This document shows, piece after piece, positions 62,183 to 64,000 of a DNA stretch of 64,000 nt (positions within the stretch are counted from its first letter, which is position 1; every line of letters begins with the position of its first letter). This stretch comes from Bugula neritina (Eukaryota; Animalia; Bryozoa). Under the pieces are notes generated by a model. That model was not told the origin of the DNA. It was given only the letters and a program-made list of their open reading frames with translations, and searched no databases. The position numbers and the translations under genes are program-made. The stretch covers positions 1,995,680 through 2,059,679 of the forward strand of contig OZ037767.1 of NCBI GenBank assembly GCA_964035545.1, given 5' to 3'.

Positions 62183-63954
62183 ATGACATTGTTACCAGCG
62201 CACCAACAGCAACAGGAAAGAGAACGAGACAATCTTACACACCGCAGTTTCTCACCCGTTTCAAGACATCATCTACAGGTTTGTAACTTCAACTACTTAG
62301 TGTGAGTAGAGGTTTTATAACTTACTAAATCTAAAGTAAGTTATGAGTTATAAGTCACACTTCCCTTACAGTTAGATATTAATAACTACTTCAAAACAGT
62401 CAGGTTTGGATTTTTAGAACAGAGGAAAGTGTGATTAAAAAGTTGCCTAATAAAAATCAATAACATTGAATAATAATAAAAATATCGAAACAGTAATTTG
62501 GTATCTCCAGTGCATACAAGGTTGTTACTCTTTATTGTACTACTAAAACAGCTCTGAGCTATTGTAGATGGAAAGTTTGTAGAATAGATTAAAAGCTCTA
62601 GAAAAGATAGAAATTAATAGAATTAATAGAAAGTTAAATATTTTTGTACTTCTCTTTTCTGCATTAGAATTAAGTTTAATAGAAGTTTGAAGTCTTTCAA
62701 ATTATAATTACTTTTGAAGCACTTTTTCAGTTGTTTTATAGTGAGTAAATATAAAGCTGAGACTCTGCATTGGAAAATAGTAAAAACTAAGTTGTTAATA
62801 ATATTTCACCAAATTAGTGATTCCTCCGATTTATTTTATACTAAATTTAGAACTCTTTGCACTCAATCATATTGAATAATAGTTGAATATAATTTAATCT
62901 AATTGATTATTATGAAAAATTTAATTATTCTGAGTATTGGTTTTTGCTAAATGTAAACATGGTTTCAACTCAAAACTATTCAATTGTCACAATAGGTTTT
63001 GCTGCATATCAAAAAATATACATTCAATAAGTCATAAATCAAAAAGTGTCTTTTAGTAATAAGTTGTTAGAAGGCGTTTCTTTGGGTAAGGAGGTAATAA
63101 ACACAGTTTAGCATCTCAATTACACAAAGAAATGGAGCAGCTTACAAGTCTATCATCATAGAAGTATGTCATCTCTTTGACAGATTGCCCACCAACCCAC
63201 TAATTTATTCTTTCTTTCTCTTTAATATATGATTTGGAAGAAAAATGATTAAATACTTTAAACAAAGTAATTGATTTATGTTTCTAGAAACATCTGGTGT
63301 GCACCAAAACACACTAAATAATTATTTTTTTGAAGATTTGGTGATATTCTCAAGATTAAATTAATCTACATGCAACCCAAGTTCTTAGATAAATTATTAT
63401 TGCTTGTTACTAACTGTTCTTTCTATTGCAATGGCATTTGTTGTGTTGAAAAACAATAGCAAGTAAATTATCTCAAAGACCTACACCTGCACGGCAACCA
63501 AGTTTAGGTAGTGACTTCAAATGATCATAGTTTAACTGGGTTTAAAGAACACACCACACCATAGATTGTCTGTTAATGGTTACAGAATTCAGGCTAGAAG
63601 TTCATATTTTGCTGATGTCACTCACTGACACAAGGCTCAGGTGCTTGGCCAGATACAACATTGTCAGTAGCAGACTTAACATGAGCTATAAATAAGACAT
63701 ACTTCCTAGAGTCTCGATATTTTTTTTGGAATCTAAAACAACTCTTAACTTTTTCAGCTGGTTAATACTGGTGAGCCTGAGGACCTAAGAATATCTTACC
63801 ACTCAAAGATGGAGGAGATAGCTAAGACACCCATAAAGCATGCCCTGAAGAGGACGTGTTCTGGTGAGGATAACAACGGAAATTGTCCAGAAGAGGGAGC
63901 AGAAAAGAAACGGCAGCGTGTGGAGAGCATCGTGACCAACATATGTCAGCCAAG
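62183..63954 (+). CDS. pros: Probable prospero/Prox homeobox gene, N-terminal exons (continues beyond window)
   Basis: Exon 63758-63954 (TTTTCAG acceptor, AG|GTAAGC donor) encodes LVNTGEPEDLRISY (~ RVDAGEPRNSY) and KKRQRVESIVTNI (~ KRARVENI), both recalled prospero motifs. A tentative upstream exon 62183-62278 joins in phase 0. The homeo-prospero domain is not in the window. Confidence 0.6.
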
Positions 63955-64000
63955 GTAAGCAAGCTTTACTTTTGGCAGCTCTTGACAAAAATAGTGCAAA

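Noticed and set aside
62174-62278. Homeodomain N-terminal arm in the alternative frame (GKRTRQSYTPQFL)
   Set aside because: No helix 2/3 follows, and this frame ends in phase 1, which is incompatible with the open frame of exon 63758-63954.

Overview
AT-rich invertebrate animal genomic DNA with spliceosomal introns; the species cannot be determined, though a protostome-type prospero motif suggests a protostome. Left to right: the last three coding exons of a MIPOL1-like gene (+); a Kolobok-type DDE DNA transposon with an intact ORF, whose right junction carries a templated filler and a perfect 110-bp flank duplication instead of a plain TTAA TSD; a complete two-exon foxA (-), tail-to-tail with mipol1 as in the deuterostome pharyngeal cluster; a five-exon STN1-like gene (+); an eight-exon, ~1005-aa gene (-) resembling the DUF294/GlnD-N nucleotidyltransferase-TPR family but lacking the catalytic motif, with a very young intact Ty1/Copia element (identical LTRs, 5-bp TSD) in intron 4; ~18 kb of non-coding DNA with tRNA-derived SINE relics and minisatellites; and the first exons of a probable prospero gene (+) at the right edge. 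All gene models were spliced by hand and all family assignments come from recalled motifs, not database searches.
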